Below, piece after piece: positions 59,927 to 64,000 of a DNA stretch of 64,000 nucleotides. Position 1 is the stretch's first letter, and every line of letters starts with the position of its first letter. The notes below the pieces were generated by a model. It ran no database searches. It worked only from the letters and a program-made list of their open reading frames with translations, and had not been told where the DNA came from. A program made the position numbers and the translations under genes. Where the stretch lies: NCBI GenBank assembly GCA_010015805.1, contig ML978128.1, positions 558,001 through 622,000 on the forward strand. The letters run 5' to 3'. Source of the DNA: Rhizodiscina lignyota (taxonomy: Eukaryota).

Positions 59927-61432
59927 TCAATGCCCCGAGGATGGTTCAGGCCTGGGGTCGAGCACCCTCAACAGCCAATAGGCTGCAACATTTGCGCCGT
60001 TCTCCTCTGCCATCTCCTTTATTCCGAGCCTTTCAAAGTGGGTTACGAACTCTTCGAAGCCCGGATGCATCGTGCTGTCGCGCTCACTTTGCTGGGGGCC
60101 TATGTTGTTCGCTCGCAAGGGCAAGTTCAGCAACCAGCTAGGCGAGAAGGACGGCAAGAGCAGGAGCAGGGCACCAACACAGAGCCTCCGACAGATGTAC
60201 CATAATCTCTGACCCCGTTTCCTGCTTTCGTTAATGGCTCTCAGCATATTATCCTTCGAGCCGGAGCTTCCCTCGACTGAAATGTAGAAGTCAATGTCCT
60301 CGTCCCTGAGATCTCCCAGGAGTGATCCTGGGGGCGTCTTCCCATTCTCGTCCCGACTCTCACGCCGCTTGTCGTGATAGTACTCATACCATGTCAAGTC
60401 CAACAAGACCATGCGCAACTTGTCAAGGTAGGTGTTCACATTGTTGGTGCATGTGAACTTGGCGAGATTGTAGAGAGCCATGTGCTCTGGGAGTTTGTTG
60501 GCGCCAGTCGTATTGACGACTTGGCCATCCGGATCGAGCATGCGTCCGCCCAGGCTGAGTACCTGTGAGTGTAAAAGACACTTGTACGCGGAATAGAGAC
60601 CTGGGTCCCTGCGAATTGCTTCCACCAAAGGAGAAATTTGCTTGCTCAATCCGATGTCAGAAGGAGATTTGGCACGGTTCCTGGCGCTTCTATAAGGATC
60701 AGAGGGCGGCCTTGCCGGTGAGGTGGGAGTAATCGGAGGCAATGGTTCCTGGTCTCGTGGCATAGCATGAATTGGAGGCCGGCCAGGTGTTTTGGCAGGA
60801 GTTTGTAAGCCGTGTGCGTTTACGCTTCCAGGCTCAATGGGTCGCGGAATGCCGTTTAACCCAAGATTTCCATCTCCAGCCTCGGCATCATCGTTCTCCC
60901 TACCTGCGGAACCGTCGAAACCATTGTCCCTGGTTTCGAACAAACTATCCTGACTGTCGCCCACATGCCCAGGACCTTCGTGCCCGTCTAAGACATCCCC
61001 ACCATCACCACCATCACCACCAGCAACACCCGCAACACCCGCAACATCGAATCCGACTGCATTGTTATTGGATTGTCCACCTGCGTTGTCAGGATGATCC
61101 CGCTTTACTTTCTTCTTTGCTGGCGTATCCGTTCCGCTATAGTCCGGCGGATCATCATTCGGCCTCAAGGTCGGAAGCTGATCTGGGTCGTCCGGGCGTG
61201 ACCGCTGTCGCAAGATTCTTGGCCGTGGAGGAGATGTTCGCGGCGTGATGTCTGTGTGGGAGGGATGATTATTGTCTCCTTCCCTGTGAGCCCTGGCATT
61301 ATCGTTCCCTTCCATCGCTGTTGTTGGAAGATTGCCCATGCACCACTCATGGAACTTTTGTCTATCCTCAGCGGTCTGGGACAAGGTGGTGCTCGGCGGA
61401 GCGATTGAAGATGTTCTGATATAGTCCAGGAC
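59927..61432 (-). CDS. Hypothetical protein with a disordered Pro/Gly/Asp-rich region and a helical C-terminal domain; upstream exons probable
   Basis: Frame is open for about 500 codons and is preceded by a branch/acceptor (GCTAAT..CATAG). Small upstream exon candidates lie at about 61.5-61.7 kb. Confidence 0.65.
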   Translation of the reverse strand, partial: VLDYIRTSSIAPPSTTLSQTAEDRQKFHEWCMGNLPTTAMEGNDNARAHREGDNNHPSHTDITPRTSPPRPRILRQRSRPDDPDQLPTLRPNDDPPDYSGTDTPAKKKVKRDHPDNAGGQSNNNAVGFDVAGVAGVAGGDGGDGGDVLDGHEGPGHVGDSQDSLFETRDNGFDGSAGRENDDAEAGDGNLGLNGIPRPIEPGSVNAHGLQTPAKTPGRPPIHAMPRDQEPLPPITPTSPARPPSDPYRSARNRAKSPSDIGLSKQISPLVEAIRRDPGLYSAYKCLLHSQVLSLGGRMLDPDGQVVNTTGANKLPEHMALYNLAKFTCTNNVNTYLDKLRMVLLDLTWYEYYHDKRRESRDENGKTPPGSLLGDLRDEDIDFYISVEGSSGSKDNMLRAINESRKRGQRLWYICRRLCVGALLLLLPSFSPSWLLNLPLRANNIGPQQSERDSTMHPGFEEFVTHFERLGIKEMAEENGANVAAYWLLRVLDPRPEPSSGH

Positions 61433-62564
61433 CTATGGAAACAGCTGATTAGCACGCAGAAGTATTCTTTGAAAATACGTGGTGGCCTCATACCCCAGGG
61501 TCTTCCTCAAGTGCCTGATAAATCTGCATCAGAGGACGCAAGACCTTTTCTACTCGAGAAACAGTGGTGTGGGAAACCGGGCCTGCATCCATAGTATCGA
61601 CATCCATAATATTCTGTAGGTTTTGATACCTTGTTTGTGACCGAAGAGGTTGATGTCATGTACTGGGCTGGGTAAAGAGCACCGACAGGCCGCAACTTCT
61701 GTAGAGGGGACAGTTGGATGTGATGGATGATGAAATTGACATAGAAATTATTCTCTGAATACATTTCGGTCAATCATTTGTGTTGACTTGTGTCCGTAAA
61801 GTGTGAAACCTCCATTCTGAACACACTTGCGCTCCAGCGAAACATGATATCTGAGTCTGGTGTCCTCCAGATAGTAGCAGTTTGCTCGCCGCTCTTTGTC
61901 TGATGTCTCGCATTTCGTGTAGACGCTGACGATAACAGTCAATGATTTGAAAAGAGGACAGATATTGATTGAAACATGTGCCCGATCGAAATAACCACAG
62001 GTGTTGAAAATGAGACACGCGATATCAAGTTAGGGTAGTGAGGATAGATGAAAGAAATAAAGGAAAAAGTAGAAATGGCTGTCTGCATTCGCCTGCATCA
62101 CGAATGGGAGACTCTGATCCGCCTACTTCCTGCTGCTCCGTACGTTTGTTCCCTGAGCCCCAAGCCCACTCTACGAAACGGCACAATCGTTGGCTTGGAA
62201 AGCAGAGGAGGAGAAGTTGAGAGCTAGGAGGACATGAGCTCCCCAAGACGTCTCTGCCCCATATGTATGTCTGCAGTGAGGCTAAAATTGCAGTGCACAT
62301 CAGGGCGGGCAAAAGGGCGAGTCGGCGAATCGCCGGCTACATGAATCAATCTACACGTGCAGCCACCGCGATCCCGGCATCAGACGTCACTTCCAACGTT
62401 CCAATTCAGTCTGTCTATCGCATATCCCTCCAATGTGACACATTCAAGCGTCCTCCTACCGAACACTTATCCTCACCGTTGTGTCATTGTCTCCAGACCC
62501 CGAATCTCACGATCCCCATCTCCATCGCGCGCCAATTCCTGCATTCTCAGACCGGCATTCCACC

Positions 62565-62960
62565 ATGCCGCCTCCTCGCAACAACGCAGACCCAACGCCG
62601 CACCCGCACCGCCAGACGCTCAAGTTCATCCTCGTGCTGCTCTCCGGCTTCCTGTTAGGCGTGCTGCTCGGCATGCTGTCGACGAGCCTGGTGTTCTACT
62701 TCGTGCCCGCGCCCTTCCTCGAGAACGTGCTGAAGCAGCGGCGGAACAAGTTCGACGAGCTGCTGCAGATGCGGCGGATGTGCAAGAGCAGCGAGGGCGG
62801 GTTCGTGGAGAAGTACGACCCGGTCGAGAACGTGGTGCAGATCTGCACGTGTTGGCCGCGAGGGTGGAGCGAGCTTGGGGGGTGGATGGTTAGCTGTGCC
62901 AGGGTGGAGTTGGTGGGGTGGGGAGAGGTTGGCAGCTGGGGCTTGGGAGAAGAGACCTGA
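62565..62960 (+). CDS. Small single-pass membrane protein, hypothetical
   Basis: CACCATG start, hydrophobic FILVLLSGFLLGVLLGMLSTSLVFYFV and strongly G/C-ending codons. Confidence 0.55.
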   Translation: MPPPRNNADPTPHPHRQTLKFILVLLSGFLLGVLLGMLSTSLVFYFVPAPFLENVLKQRRNKFDELLQMRRMCKSSEGGFVEKYDPVENVVQICTCWPRGWSELGGWMVSCARVELVGWGEVGSWGLGEET

Positions 62961-63691
62961 GAGTATTGGGATGAATTGGGCGAGTGGGTCTTGTTAGAAT
63001 TGATACAGCTGGCTTGTTGGAGTCGGTTGGGCTATTGTCATACATCACAGACGAGGACGTCAGCTCTTCGCCATGATATCATGGCGAACGCGGGATACCG
63101 TTCACACCTTGCGAAGCGGCAGTTTCTAGACCATAACTTCCGAGGTGTGCAATTGCCCGAGAGCGCCGTTCTGATGCATCACGATTAGGAGAGAGCATTG
63201 GAATTAGTCCCGGCTCAAGACATCCATCAGCAGCATGTCTGATGACGGCTGACATGATTGGTCGCCAATAATGAGTATAAATCTCACACCACGTCACATT
63301 GACATCCAAACTGATTGCTTTCAGGACTGGTGAGAGAGAAGATTGCGTAGTAAATTCTATATGCCCACTATTACTGTGGAAGACATTGGCCTGCCGTTTA
63401 TTGCTCAAATCACACTCATCAATGATCTAGGTATCCTCCCTAATGAGTGAGGCCCGTTACCAGCATTCCCTTCCGTCAGTGTATTCTATTAATACAAGCA
63501 GACGGTCCATATTGTCCTGTCCTCAGAAAAGACTGAAAAAATGCTCTCGGGAGCGCCCTCTAGACACTCTACCGATCAAGCCACGGCTAAGAAAATCCTG
63601 CAAATCACTTTGACCACCCGTTTGGTGCAATTTGACGACCACCGCCATTACGTCGTCCGATCTCTATACGGAAGCCCAAGGAAAATCAAAC

Positions 63692-64000
63692 TTAGAAAAT
63701 CTTGGCGAGTCTTTTGCCCTTCATGCTCCATCTCTTCGACGTTGGAACACCAGGATGCGCCTCGACGCCATTCGTCCCCGATGCTCCTGTCCCGCCGCTG
63801 CTTGTCGAGTTCGCCCTGCTACGACCAGACGTCCCTTCGGGTTCGACGTACATGCTCTGCTTCCCTGCGCGAGAAACGTGCTCCGGGAGCTGTGCCAGGT
63901 ACGAATCGATGCGCTGATTGCGCTGGATGTTGCGCTCGCTTGCAATTTGGGTGAGGGGCGTCATCGCGTATGCTGCGGTTGTTGGTGCGGCACCGGGATT
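63692..64000 (-). CDS. Probable 3' end of a gene starting beyond the window
   Basis: Minus-strand frame is open from the window edge to TAA at 63692, ending ...KRWSMKGKRLAKIF. Family unknown. Confidence 0.45.
   Translation of the reverse strand, partial: NPGAAPTTAAYAMTPLTQIASERNIQRNQRIDSYLAQLPEHVSRAGKQSMYVEPEGTSGRSRANSTSSGGTGASGTNGVEAHPGVPTSKRWSMKGKRLAKIF

Overview
Gene-dense genomic DNA from a filamentous ascomycete (Pezizomycotina), with short GT-AG introns and CTRAC/CTAAT branch points. I found no rRNA, tRNA, CRISPR array or recognisable transposon. About 25 protein-coding genes can be reconstructed by hand-splicing the ORF track. The left part (about 2-44.5 kb) is mostly conserved housekeeping genes: Rtf2, a RING/LON-N ubiquitin ligase, the TORC2 subunit Rictor/Avo3, uricase, mitoribosomal uL13m, Ccs1, NoxR, TFIIF-alpha, a Cid1-type nucleotidyltransferase, a sugar porter, a possible Ifh1/Crf1-like regulator, glycine decarboxylase P and a GH65 acid trehalase. 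The right part is accessory-like. Its best candidate for an undescribed system is a three-gene module at 46.9-52.8 kb: a divergent glucokinase paralogue, a Zn2Cys6 regulator and glucosamine-6-phosphate deaminase. It has no deacetylase or Ndt80/RON1 gene, so it looks like a free-glucosamine catabolic cluster rather than the known GlcNAc cluster. Next to it is a divergent Zn2Cys6/DHA2-efflux pair with two TCGG-N13-CCGA palindromes in the shared promoter. Other notable items are a hidden terminal exon adding a CaaX box to the RING/LON-N protein, a probable GC-AG intron, and a hairpin-rich region upstream of the trehalase. All family calls come from motif recognition by eye; no database search was run.
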